Assembly (NCBI GenBank): GCA_044226625.1
Contig: JBGAGQ010000063.1
Span: 1 to 36,355 of the forward strand
Length of the DNA stretch: 36,355 nucleotides
Source of the DNA: Thermoanaerobaculia bacterium
GTDB lineage: Bacteria > Acidobacteriota > Thermoanaerobaculia > Multivoradales > UBA5704
Direction: 5' to 3'
Part shown: positions 24,794-34,097 of the stretch, piece after piece
Layout: every line of letters begins with the position of its first letter
How positions within the stretch are numbered: position 1 is the stretch's first letter
Notes under the pieces: generated by a model
Told to the model about the DNA's origin: nothing
The model's database searches: none
Seen by the model: the letters and a program-made list of their open reading frames with translations, nothing else
Translations under genes and position numbers: made by a program

Positions 24794-25090
24794 TCAGGTG
24801 TGGATCAGCTCCAGCCGGGCGAGCACGACGAGGAGCGTCGGGATCAGGTTGGTGTTGACGACGTCGTGAAGGCTCGCCTGCCACCCGAAGCCGTCGCGCA
24901 GGTCGAAGTACTCCATCACCAGAGAGAGCGCGAGGCCGGGGACCAGCGCCCAGAGCGAGGAGAGCTTGCGGCGGAATAAGAGCAGGGCGACCAGCAGGCA
25001 GAGGATGCCGATGTAGACGTGGATCGCATCCTTGGTGAGCGGCAGGACCGACAACCAGGCGAGCTTCCACAGCTGGTAATCCGACTTCAT
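24794..25090 (-). CDS. Small membrane protein (hypothetical)
   Basis: 98 aa with about three hydrophobic segments; KDAIHVYIG and HDVVNT. Confidence 0.7.
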   Translation of the reverse strand: MKSDYQLWKLAWLSVLPLTKDAIHVYIGILCLLVALLLFRRKLSSLWALVPGLALSLVMEYFDLRDGFGWQASLHDVVNTNLIPTLLVVLARLELIHT

Positions 25091-25112
25091 CGCGAGGAAG
25101 CTTAGCAGGACC

Positions 25113-25937
25113 TCAGAGCCGCCGGTGGCTCGCGACCGGGACCGAGCGGCGGACGCGGCGGACCCGTTCGAGGTCGACCTCGGCGAGGGCGAAACCCGGC
25201 CCGTCGGACACCGAGGCGATCACCTGACCCCAAGGGTCGACGATCATCGAGTGCCCCCAGCTCTCCTTGAGACCGCCGTCGTCGTGGCGCCCATGCTGCG
25301 CCGGGGCCATGACGTAGCACTGGTTCTCGATCGCTCGGGCGCGCAACAGAACTTCCCAATGGTCTTTGCCGGTCGCGAGCGTGAAGGCCGCCGGAACCAT
25401 CTGGATCTCCGCTCCCCGGTCGGTCGTCTCTCGATAGAGCTCGGGGAAGCGCAGGTCGTAGCAGATCGACAGTCCGATCCGGCCGAACGGCGTCTTCGCG
25501 ACCACCACCTCGGTGCCGGCCTCGCAGGTCGCGGACTCGGAGAACTTGACCCCTCCGGGGATGTCGACGTCGAACATGTGGATCTTCCGGTAGGTCGCGA
25601 GGATCCTTCCGGCCGGGCTGAACAGGACGCTCGTGTTGGCGCAGCGCGGCGCCGCTCCGCGGCGCGTTGGACTGGCGCTCCGCTCGTTGAACGAGCCGAG
25701 CAGCAGGTGGATCTTGAGCTCGCGGGCGAGCGCCCCGAACCGTTTGGTGGTCGCCCCGCCGAGCGGCTCGGCGCGGCGCACCTTCTCGTCGTGGGGGCCG
25801 AGGTAGGTGGTGCATTCCGGTGTGGCGACGAACCGAGCTCCCGCCGCGGCGGCTCGGCCGATCAGCTCGCGGGCGCTCAGCCAGTTGGCTTCTTCATCGG
25901 AGGTCGAGGTCATCTGGACGACGGCGACGGGGGTCAT
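25113..25937 (-). CDS. Carbon-nitrogen hydrolase (Nit1/deaminated-glutathione amidase-like)
   Basis: Catalytic triad contexts TPE, YRKIHMFD and ICYDLRFPE; also RARAIENQ and GHSMIVDPWG. Confidence 0.92.
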   Translation of the reverse strand: MTPVAVVQMTSTSDEEANWLSARELIGRAAAAGARFVATPECTTYLGPHDEKVRRAEPLGGATTKRFGALARELKIHLLLGSFNERSASPTRRGAAPRCANTSVLFSPAGRILATYRKIHMFDVDIPGGVKFSESATCEAGTEVVVAKTPFGRIGLSICYDLRFPELYRETTDRGAEIQMVPAAFTLATGKDHWEVLLRARAIENQCYVMAPAQHGRHDDGGLKESWGHSMIVDPWGQVIASVSDGPGFALAEVDLERVRRVRRSVPVASHRRL

Positions 25938-25977
25938 GCCGCCTTTCTAGCACAGCTCGGAGGGTATGCTTCGGACC

Positions 25978-26376
25978 ATGCCAGCTCCCCGCCGTGCGAC
26001 GACCGGATCGCCCCGAGCCAGCGGCGCCGCGGCGTTGGCCCGGATCCGCGCGACGGTCGAGAAGATCCCCGCGGGCCAAGTCGCGACCTACGGACAGATC
26101 GCCTTTCTCGCTGGCTTGCCGGGCCACGCCCGCCAGGTGGGGTCCGTCCTCAAGAACCTACCGGAAGGGAGCTCCGTCCCCTGGCACCGCGTCCTCAACG
26201 CCGCCGGAAAGATCAGCTCGCGGGACGATCCGGCCTGGGAAGGATTTCAACGCCACCTGCTCGAGGAGGAAGGAGTCGGGTTCGACGGAGAGGGCGCCCT
26301 AGGACGGGTCGATCTCCGTCGGTATGGCTGGGATCCCGACCTTCGTCCGAGCACCGATCGTCGTCGACAGAAGTAG
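25978..26376 (+). CDS. Alkyltransferase-like (ATL/YbaZ) MGMT-family DNA-binding protein
   Basis: IPAGQVATYGQIA, ARQVG and PWHRV (Trp in place of the catalytic Cys of PCHRV). Alternative start at 25966. Confidence 0.88.
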   Translation: MPAPRRATTGSPRASGAAALARIRATVEKIPAGQVATYGQIAFLAGLPGHARQVGSVLKNLPEGSSVPWHRVLNAAGKISSRDDPAWEGFQRHLLEEEGVGFDGEGALGRVDLRRYGWDPDLRPSTDRRRQK

Positions 26377-26532
26377 ACCCCGCCCCGGGCACTCTTCCGT
26401 CCCGAAAGCGAAGGTTCGGGGCGCTTTGGTGGGAGTTGGCTCGGCGCGTCCCCATCCCACCCCGCCGCATGCACATCCCTATGTATCGGGACTCATCGGA
26501 CGCTCGCTTTCGACCTCGGGTGGAGGTGTCTT

Positions 26533-28950
26533 TTGTTGGACGGCAGATCCAGGGCTCTTTTCACGGTTCCGCTTGCGCCTGCGAGCGGCGGTCGCCGGAT
26601 GCGTACCATCGTCCTGCTCGCGACCGTGTGGATCGCGGGCGCACAGAGCTCTCCAGCGGCCGCGGCTTCGGGCGCTATCGCTCCGCGGACGGGGGTAGGG
26701 GGGCTCTGGCGAGCCGCCGGCGCCTCTCCCGCCTTCTTCGGCCAGACGGAGAACGTTCTGGACGACGATCCGGTAGTGGGCGCGATCCATACCGTCGTGG
26801 CCCATCCGACCAACCCGAAAGTCCTGTACGTGGGAGCGGTGAACGGCGGAGTGTGGCGTACTTTGAACGCCGACGTGTTTCGGCCGAACTGGCGACGCCT
26901 CACCGACGATCAGGCCTCGAGCTCGATCGGCGCCCTCGATCTCGATCCAACCGATCCGGCGCGCCTCACCTTGGTGGCCGGAATCGGCACCTGGAGCAGC
27001 TTCGGGTTCACGGGCGGCCGGGCGACCGGCCTGCTTCGAACCACTAACGGAGGGGTAACCTGGAACGCCGTCACGGGCGGCGGTTCACTCCTCGACAAGA
27101 ACGTCTCCGGTGTGGCGGCGCGTGGCTCGACCCTGGTCGTCGCGGTCGACCGAGCCTCCCCGGTTTCGACCTTCGCGACGATCGGCGTTTTCCGTTCGAC
27201 CAACGGCGGTGCGACCTTTTCTCAGGTCTCGGTAGGGGACGGCTCGGCGACCGGTCTGCCGGGCGGCGCGAGCTACGACCTGGTGGGCGATCCGCTCCGC
27301 TCCCGGCGGCTGTTCACCAACGTCGACTTCGCCGGCAGCAGGAACGGCATCTACCGGAGCGACGACACGGGGGCGACCTGGACCCGAGTGAGCAGCCCGG
27401 CGATGAACGCGCTGCTCGCGGGCACGATCTTCAACGTCGAGCTCGCGGTCGGCCGCCACGACGAGGTCTATTGCGCGATCGTCGGCTCGGGCCAACTGGC
27501 CGGGATCTTTCGCTCGGGCAATGGCGGCGCGACCTGGACGGCGATGGACCTGCCGACCACGAACGAAGGCGGACCGATCGGAATCCACCCGGGATTTCAA
27601 GGGGTGGTTCACCTCTCGATCGCGGCCGATCCCACGAACGCCAACGTGGTCTACCTGGGCGGCGATCGCCAGCCCTACAAAGACGAGGCGCTCGGCGCGC
27701 CGGTCGCGTTCCCGAACTCGATCGGGGCGCAGGACTTCACCGGCCGGCTGTTCCGCGGCGACGCGAGCCGGCCGGCGGGGAGCCAATGGGCGCATCTGAC
27801 GCATTCGAAGCTCCTCGGTGCCGCGGGTGGCGGGACGGCAAGCGGCAGCGCGCCTCATGCCGATTCGCGCGAGATGACCTTCGACGCGGCGGGCAATCTG
27901 ATCGAGACCGACGACGGCGGGATCTACAAGCGGACCAGCCCCCGAACCAGCGCCGGAGATTGGTTCTCGCTGAACGGCGACCTCGAGACGGGCGAGTACC
28001 ACGACGTCGCGTTCGACGTTGTGTCCGAGACGCTGATCGCGGGCTCGCAGGACAACGGGGTCCAGGTTCAACGCACCGCCGCGGACGAAGATTGGGACGT
28101 GCTCCTGAGCGGCGACGGCGGCGACGTTGCGGTCGACGACACCTCGATTCCGGGAGTCTCGATTCGCTACTCGAGCGCCCAGAATCTCGGCGCCTTCAAT
28201 CGCACCTTCTGGGACGAGACCAACGCCTTCCTGGCGTTCGACTTCCCCGCGCTCGCGCCGCTCGGCGGGGGTGCGCCTCCCGTCGGAAGCTTCGTCACCC
28301 CGGTCGAGATCAACGGCGTGGACCCGACGCGGTTGGCGATCGGCGCGGCGAACTCGTTCTACGAGTCGCTCGACCAGGGCGACACCGTGACCGAAATCGC
28401 GCCCGGGCTGGTCGCCAACAACAGCGGCCGCGCGGCCGTCGCCTACGGCGCCGGCACCAACGTCGCGGCCCTCTACGTCGGTTCGGGTAACGCCCTCTAC
28501 GTGCGGACGGCGCCCCACCCGGCTCCGCTGCTTCGCGCGCTCACCTATCCCGGGACGGCGGCGATCGCCGACATCGCGCTCGACCCGAACCAGGCGAACC
28601 ACCTGTTCGTGGCCGATGACGCGAGGATCTATCGTTCGACCAGCGCGGGCGTCGGTTGGACCGACGTCACCGGAAACCTGGCCGCGCTCGGCGCGGGACG
28701 GCTCCGCACGTTGACCTACGTTTCGACCCCGTTCGGCGACGCGATCGTCGCCGGGTCCCAGACGGGAGCCTGGATCGCCTCGAAGACCACCGGCTTTTCG
28801 GTCTGGTACGCGCTCGGCAGGGGGCTGCCCACCGCACCGGTCTTCGACCTCGACTACGACTCCGGGTCGGACCAGCTGCTCGCTGCTACGATGGGGCGCG
28901 CCGCCTGGACGCTCGATCACGTGAAGCTCGCGGTGCTCCTCGCCCGATGA
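26533..28950 (+). CDS. Large secreted BNR/Asp-box beta-propeller protein (VPS10/GH74/sialidase-like fold)
   Basis: Repeated RSxDxGxTW-type Asp-boxes (RTTNGGVTW, RSTNGGATF, RSDDTGATW, RSGNGGATW), PHADSR, DGGIY, GSQDNG, GDGG and ATMGRAAW. TTG start with GGAGG RBS (alternative ATG 26599). Confidence 0.85.
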   Translation: MLDGRSRALFTVPLAPASGGRRMRTIVLLATVWIAGAQSSPAAAASGAIAPRTGVGGLWRAAGASPAFFGQTENVLDDDPVVGAIHTVVAHPTNPKVLYVGAVNGGVWRTLNADVFRPNWRRLTDDQASSSIGALDLDPTDPARLTLVAGIGTWSSFGFTGGRATGLLRTTNGGVTWNAVTGGGSLLDKNVSGVAARGSTLVVAVDRASPVSTFATIGVFRSTNGGATFSQVSVGDGSATGLPGGASYDLVGDPLRSRRLFTNVDFAGSRNGIYRSDDTGATWTRVSSPAMNALLAGTIFNVELAVGRHDEVYCAIVGSGQLAGIFRSGNGGATWTAMDLPTTNEGGPIGIHPGFQGVVHLSIAADPTNANVVYLGGDRQPYKDEALGAPVAFPNSIGAQDFTGRLFRGDASRPAGSQWAHLTHSKLLGAAGGGTASGSAPHADSREMTFDAAGNLIETDDGGIYKRTSPRTSAGDWFSLNGDLETGEYHDVAFDVVSETLIAGSQDNGVQVQRTAADEDWDVLLSGDGGDVAVDDTSIPGVSIRYSSAQNLGAFNRTFWDETNAFLAFDFPALAPLGGGAPPVGSFVTPVEINGVDPTRLAIGAANSFYESLDQGDTVTEIAPGLVANNSGRAAVAYGAGTNVAALYVGSGNALYVRTAPHPAPLLRALTYPGTAAIADIALDPNQANHLFVADDARIYRSTSAGVGWTDVTGNLAALGAGRLRTLTYVSTPFGDAIVAGSQTGAWIASKTTGFSVWYALGRGLPTAPVFDLDYDSGSDQLLAATMGRAAWTLDHVKLAVLLAR

Positions 28951-28982
28951 AGGAGAACGCCTTGTCCGTCGGAGATTTCGCC

Positions 28983-29993
28983 ATGTCGCTGCTCGCTCAT
29001 CTCGACCGGCTCGCCGGACCTCTCACGGCGGTGGGGCTCGCACTTTGGATCGGTGCCGGGCCGCCTCCGGCCCGGGCCGCCTCGCTCTTGGGCGACGGCG
29101 CGGTGATCGACTCGGCCGCCGGGATCGCCTACGTCGCCCGACCGCAGGGTGGAATCGAGGCGCTCGATCTCGCGACGGGCAAGGCGATCTGGCTTTCCGC
29201 TTCCTCCGCTGGCGCCGCCAAACCGCTCGTCCTGCTCCCGGACGGGCAGCTGCTCACCCAGGCCGAGCCGGGACCGGACGGCGCGCTTCGTCTCGCGACG
29301 CTCGACGCCGCGACCGGCGGCGAGAAGGGCCGCTTCGAGATCTCGTTGCCGCCCGGGATTCGCGGCAGCGTCTCCGATTCCCTCGCCGGCACGTTTCGGA
29401 TCCGCGCCGCGACGCTCGAAGGGGAGAGCGCCGTCGTTCTGGCCTGGACCGCGACCGCGGCTCAGCCGCTTCGCGGCTACCTGCCGCCCGACCTGGCGCG
29501 AGACCCCCGGGAGCCGGCGCGGGCGCCGGCGGCGAAAGCGGGCGGCTTCGAGCGCGGCGCGGCCCGTTTCGAGCCGGCGACAGGACGCTTCGCGCCCGCG
29601 AGCGATGCGGAGATCTTGGCGCTCGCGACTGCCATCGACCGTGCGGTGGGCGCCCCTGCGTCCTCGGCGGGAGTGCAAGGCCTGCCGTCGATCGACGGCA
29701 GGCACGCGTTGCGCAGCGACCGCGTGGCCGGCTCGCTCCACACCTACCGGTGGTCGATCGCCGACCGGACGACCGGAGCGGTCGTCGCGGTGCTCGACGC
29801 CCCGGTTTCGCTCGCGCCGTTCGTGTTGGCGGGTCCCCGCGTCGTCTATCTCGCTCAGCCGTCCGTGCGTAGGGAAGAAGGGGCGACGATCCGCCAGCCG
29901 CTTCGCCTTCGGGCCCTCGATTTGGCGACCGGTGGAGAGGCCTGGCAGGTGGCGGTCCGCGACTCCGCCTATCGAGGACCGGTCCCTCCGTAG
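28983..29993 (+). CDS. Secreted protein with PQQ-like beta-propeller repeats
   Basis: Signal-peptide-like N-terminus; ALDLATGKAIW, LDAATGGE and ALDLATGGEAW repeats. Alternative ATG 28947 overlaps the upstream stop. Confidence 0.7.
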   Translation: MSLLAHLDRLAGPLTAVGLALWIGAGPPPARAASLLGDGAVIDSAAGIAYVARPQGGIEALDLATGKAIWLSASSAGAAKPLVLLPDGQLLTQAEPGPDGALRLATLDAATGGEKGRFEISLPPGIRGSVSDSLAGTFRIRAATLEGESAVVLAWTATAAQPLRGYLPPDLARDPREPARAPAAKAGGFERGAARFEPATGRFAPASDAEILALATAIDRAVGAPASSAGVQGLPSIDGRHALRSDRVAGSLHTYRWSIADRTTGAVVAVLDAPVSLAPFVLAGPRVVYLAQPSVRREEGATIRQPLRLRALDLATGGEAWQVAVRDSAYRGPVPP

Positions 29994-30033
29994 ACCGTAG
30001 AGGTTCGGGCCCCTGCGGCGCGAGCGATGCGCT

Positions 30034-30918
30034 CTAACGGAGCCAGTCTTCGAGCTGCACCCGGCTGTCCGTTCCTTCGTCGCGATATTTGACGATGACC
30101 GGCGTGGCGAGCGACAGCCCCCAGTCCTTGCCCGCGCCGCGCGAGATCGAGCGGGCGCCGGGGACGACGACGGCGCCCTCCGGAACCACGAGAGGCTCTT
30201 CTTCCGTGGCCCGGTGGATCGTCTCGCGGACCAGGTCGTAGACCGGGGTCGATCGGGTGAGGATGACGCCCGAGCCGAGGACCGCGCGTCGTTTGACCAC
30301 GGTCCCTTCGTAGACACCGCAGTTGCCGCCGATCAACGCTTCGTCCTCGACGACGACCGGGCTCGCGCCGACGGGTTCGAGGACGCCCCCGAGCTGCGCG
30401 GCGGCGGAGAGGTGGACGCGCGCACCGACCTGGGCGCAGCTGCCGACCAGGGCGTGCGAGTCGATCAGTGATCCCTCTCCCACGTAGGCGCCGACGTTGA
30501 CGTACATCGGCGGCATGCATACGACGCCGCGCGCAAGGTGGCTGCCGGAGCGGACGCCCGATCCTCCGGGAACGATGCGCACTCCCGCCGCCGCGGGAAA
30601 AGCCTGGAGGGGATAGGTATCCTTGTCGTAGAACGGCAGGCCACGCCCCGTCGTAGGAACTCCGACCGATTGATCGACGATCCCGCCCATCCTGAAGCCC
30701 AGCAGGATGCCTCGCTTGACCCAGGGGTTCACGCGCCATCCGGTCGTGGTCGAGGAGTCGGGCTCGGCCGCGCGCGCCGTGCCCGATTCGAGCGCGGCGA
30801 GGAAGCGCGCGAACAGCTCGCGATGGGCACGGGAGAACTTGGCGGGGGGCGCCGCGAACAGCCGGTCGATCTCGGAGGTGAGATCCTCGTCCGGCCATTC
30901 CGTGACGGCTCCGCTCAC
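30034..30918 (-). CDS. dapD: 2,3,4,5-tetrahydropyridine-2,6-dicarboxylate N-succinyltransferase
   Basis: WRVNPWVKRGILLGF, VNVGAYVG, VGSCAQVG, HLSAAAQLGGVLEP and hexapeptide repeats; GTG overlaps the dapA stop. Confidence 0.93.
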   Translation of the reverse strand: MSGAVTEWPDEDLTSEIDRLFAAPPAKFSRAHRELFARFLAALESGTARAAEPDSSTTTGWRVNPWVKRGILLGFRMGGIVDQSVGVPTTGRGLPFYDKDTYPLQAFPAAAGVRIVPGGSGVRSGSHLARGVVCMPPMYVNVGAYVGEGSLIDSHALVGSCAQVGARVHLSAAAQLGGVLEPVGASPVVVEDEALIGGNCGVYEGTVVKRRAVLGSGVILTRSTPVYDLVRETIHRATEEEPLVVPEGAVVVPGARSISRGAGKDWGLSLATPVIVKYRDEGTDSRVQLEDWLR

Positions 30919-31871
30919 CGGACGGCCTCGACGACTTGCGCCTCCTGGGCGATCAGGCCGAGGCCGAGCAGCACGCGCTCGATCTTTTTGCGGCTGTCCG
31001 GACGCGGCGGCACGATCGGCAGGCGATAGTAGGGCTCGAGGTGGCCCATGATCGCCAAGGCGGCTTTGACCGGGCCCGGGTTCGACTCGATGAAGTTCAC
31101 TTCCATCAGATCGTGCAGGCGGCGATGAACTTCTCGCGCCGAGGCGAAGTCGCCCGCGAGGCAGAGAGAGGCGAGGCGCGACATGCCGGCCGGGACCTCG
31201 TTCGAGGCGACCGAGATCACGCCCACGCCGCCGAGCGACATGATCGGCAAGGTGAGCACGTCGTCGCCGGAGAGGACGGCGAAGCCGTCCGGGGCTTCCT
31301 GAAGGATCGCCGCCACCTGGGCGAGGTTTCCCGACGCTTCTTTGACCGCGACGACCGAGTCGATCTCGGCGATCCGCGCCGTGATTTTCGCGTCCATGTT
31401 GGTCCCCGTGCGGCTCGGCACGTTGTAGAGCACGATCGGCAGCCTCGTCGCCCGCGAGATCGCGCGGTAGTGCTCGACGAGCCCCTCCGGGGTCGGCCGG
31501 TTGTAATGGGGGGTCGCCGATAGGAGTCCCTGGGCGCCGAGCGCTTCGATTTCTTTCGCGAGGTGGGCGACCTCGCGAGTGTCGTTGCCGCCGCAGCCGG
31601 CGAGGACGGGGACCTCGCCGTTCGCTTCTTCGAGCACGATCTCGATGACCCGTAGCAGCTCGCGACGCGAGAGGGTTGGGTTTTCGCCCGTGGTGCCGCA
31701 AGGGACCAGGAAATGGACGCCGTCCTCGATCTGCCGGTTCACCAACCGGCGCAGGGCTTCCTCGTCGAGGCTTAGATCCGCCTTGAAAGGGGTGACGAGG
31801 GCGGTGCCGCATCCGCGAAAGATCGAATGGGGCAAAGGGCGAGGAGCGGTGAGGGAGATCGGGTCGGACAT
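30915..31871 (-). CDS. dapA: 4-hydroxy-tetrahydrodipicolinate synthase
   Basis: TALVTPF, GTTGE, YNVPSRTG, VKEASG, LSGDD and ESNPGPVK. Confidence 0.95.
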   Translation of the reverse strand: MSDPISLTAPRPLPHSIFRGCGTALVTPFKADLSLDEEALRRLVNRQIEDGVHFLVPCGTTGENPTLSRRELLRVIEIVLEEANGEVPVLAGCGGNDTREVAHLAKEIEALGAQGLLSATPHYNRPTPEGLVEHYRAISRATRLPIVLYNVPSRTGTNMDAKITARIAEIDSVVAVKEASGNLAQVAAILQEAPDGFAVLSGDDVLTLPIMSLGGVGVISVASNEVPAGMSRLASLCLAGDFASAREVHRRLHDLMEVNFIESNPGPVKAALAIMGHLEPYYRLPIVPPRPDSRKKIERVLLGLGLIAQEAQVVEAVR

Positions 31872-31938
31872 CGTCGTTTTCCTTCGAAAGCTCGGGGGTG
31901 GATTTACGCCGCTCGGCAGGCAGGGCTGGACGGGACGA

Positions 31939-32652
31939 CTAGGACACAGGCGGCGAGAGGATTTCGCTCCAGACGTCGCGGAAATCGAAGAAGCCGCGAC
32001 GGGTGGCGATCCATCGGGCCGCCTTGAGGGCGCCGCGGGCAAATCCCGCGCGCGAGCGAGCCCGATGTTCGAGCAGGATGGTATCAGCCTCGGAGTCGAA
32101 GCCGATCGTGTGGGTGCCGGGGATCGCCCCTGCCCGGTTGGAGGAAACGTCGACCGGCCTTCCGTAGCCCGCCTTCTCCATCGTGCGGACGGATTCGAGC
32201 AGCGTGCCGGAGGGAGCGTCTTTTTTCTTCTTGTGGTGGATTTCGTGGGCCCAAGCGTCGTACTCCTCGGCGGCGGCGAGACGGCGCGCGGCCTCCGCCA
32301 CCACCTGGTAGAAGACCTGGACGCCGATCGAAAAGTTCGCGCCGTGCACGAATCCGATGCCGCCGCGAACGACGGCCGCGCGCACGCGATCGAGGTCGAC
32401 ACCCCATCCGGTCGTTCCGACCACCATGGGGAGCCCGAGAGATGCGATCCGTTCGACGTGATCCGCCACCGAGAGAGATACGGAAAAGTCGATCACCACG
32501 TCGATTTCGCCGAACGCTTCGGCGGTGATTCCCCGGCCCAGGACGTCGTCTTCGCGGCTCAGGCGCAATCCGACGGAGCACCCTTCGGACGGCGCCAGCT
32601 CATCGATCAAGCGACCCATCCGCCCGTAGCCGAGAAGGGCGAGGCGGATCAT
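31939..32652 (-). CDS. dapB: 4-hydroxy-tetrahydrodipicolinate reductase
   Basis: GYGRMG, IDFS, VGTTG, NFSIG, EIHHKKKKDAPSGT and FARGAL. Confidence 0.95.
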   Translation of the reverse strand: MIRLALLGYGRMGRLIDELAPSEGCSVGLRLSREDDVLGRGITAEAFGEIDVVIDFSVSLSVADHVERIASLGLPMVVGTTGWGVDLDRVRAAVVRGGIGFVHGANFSIGVQVFYQVVAEAARRLAAAEEYDAWAHEIHHKKKKDAPSGTLLESVRTMEKAGYGRPVDVSSNRAGAIPGTHTIGFDSEADTILLEHRARSRAGFARGALKAARWIATRRGFFDFRDVWSEILSPPVS

Positions 32653-34097
32653 GGCGCCACTTCGAGGGCGAGGTCGCGCCCGGGGTCGGCGGCAATGGGC
32701 GCTCGAGGCCGAGGTTCGATCAGCGCCCGGTGGAGCTCGGCCACGACCTCGTGGATCTCGCGCTCCTCGGCGAGCAGGCGAATCGCGGCCACCCCCTCCG
32801 GGCCGTCCGGAAGAACCAACCGGGGCGATCGCCCGGCGGCGGCGGCGAGCGCCCGCTGTGCGAGATCGGAGGCGCCAGCGAGGTCGCCGGAGATGAGCGA
32901 CACGACCTCTCGACCCGGGAGGATCTCCAGCCGGACCTCTCGGGGGAGGGCGGCGAGGACGCTTGAGAGGTGATCGGCCGTATCGAGCGCCAACTCGAAG
33001 GACCCGTCTTCATCCCCGAGTGGCAGGAGAGCGGGGCGAACCGATTCGATCGCGGCCAGGACCGCGGAGCGGAAATCGTCGCGAGAGCCGGCTCCTACCG
33101 GATGGACGCGCAGGAGATGGGCGTTGCGGCGGCAAGCGATCGACTTGATCGAGCTCGGGGAATCGGCCGGCCCTGCGGCGGGGCGGCCATCGGAAGCGCT
33201 GATGAGGGTGCTTCGTGCCTCCGCGCCGTCCGGTTCGAGAGAGGAAAGGATGCGGATCGGCACCCCTTTGCGGCGCGCCGGCTCGAGCGTGCCGGGATGA
33301 GGCTTTTTCGATCCCGAACGGGCGAGCTCGAGCCCTTCGGCGAACGACAGCGAAGGCACTCGAACGGCCCCAGCGTAGAGGCGCGGGTCGGCCGAGAGGA
33401 TGCCCGGTACGTCCGTCCAGATCTGGATCTCTTCGGCGCCCAGGGAGGCGCCGAAGATCGCGGCGGAGAAGTCCGAGCCTTCGAACCCGAGCGTGGTGGT
33501 GACCCCGTCGAGCGTGCGGCCGACGTATCCGCCGATCACCGGTACCTCACGCGCTTCGAGGATCGGCCGGACGATGCTCTCCAGGCAGCTTTCCGTCTGA
33601 AGATAAAGGGGCCGGGCGCGCGTGAAGGCGGCGTCGGTCTTCAACACCTCGCGGCAGTCGACGAAGCGGGCGGCGATGCCTCCGTGGCGTAGCGCCAGGG
33701 TGAAAATCTCGCTCGACAGCAGCTCACCGAATGACACCACGGCGTCTTGAAGCCGCGGCGTGAGCTCTCCCGCCGCCGAAATCTGGGCGAGGACGGCGTC
33801 GAGCTCGGCAAACCAGCGGTCGAGCGCGGCGAGGAATCGCTGCCGGTCGTCCGGATGCGCGACCGCGCGGCCGACCCCCTCGTGGAACGTCCGGAGCTCG
33901 GCGCGCGTCGCGGCGAGGAGGTCGGAGCTGCCTTCGGCCGCGGCATCGGCCGCAGCGAGCAAAGACCGCGTGGTGCGCGCCATCGCCGACACGACCACCA
34001 GCGGCCGGCGGTCGAGGCGCGCGCGGACGATTCCGACGACCCGTTCGATCTCAGGCGGGGCGGCGAGCGAGCTGCCGCCGAACTTCATCGCGATCAC
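32649..34097 (-). CDS. lysC: Aspartate kinase (divergent)
   Basis: MKFGGSS, VVVSAM, SFGELLS, GSDFSA and IWTDVPGILSADPR; GTG overlaps the asd stop; lies within the dap cluster. Confidence 0.85.
   Translation of the reverse strand: MIAMKFGGSSLAAPPEIERVVGIVRARLDRRPLVVVSAMARTTRSLLAAADAAAEGSSDLLAATRAELRTFHEGVGRAVAHPDDRQRFLAALDRWFAELDAVLAQISAAGELTPRLQDAVVSFGELLSSEIFTLALRHGGIAARFVDCREVLKTDAAFTRARPLYLQTESCLESIVRPILEAREVPVIGGYVGRTLDGVTTTLGFEGSDFSAAIFGASLGAEEIQIWTDVPGILSADPRLYAGAVRVPSLSFAEGLELARSGSKKPHPGTLEPARRKGVPIRILSSLEPDGAEARSTLISASDGRPAAGPADSPSSIKSIACRRNAHLLRVHPVGAGSRDDFRSAVLAAIESVRPALLPLGDEDGSFELALDTADHLSSVLAALPREVRLEILPGREVVSLISGDLAGASDLAQRALAAAAGRSPRLVLPDGPEGVAAIRLLAEEREIHEVVAELHRALIEPRPRAPIAADPGRDLALEVAP

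Noticed and set aside
26377-26532. Possible structured ncRNA between ATL and the propeller gene
   Set aside because: Only short GC-rich stems expected by chance; no recognisable family consensus.
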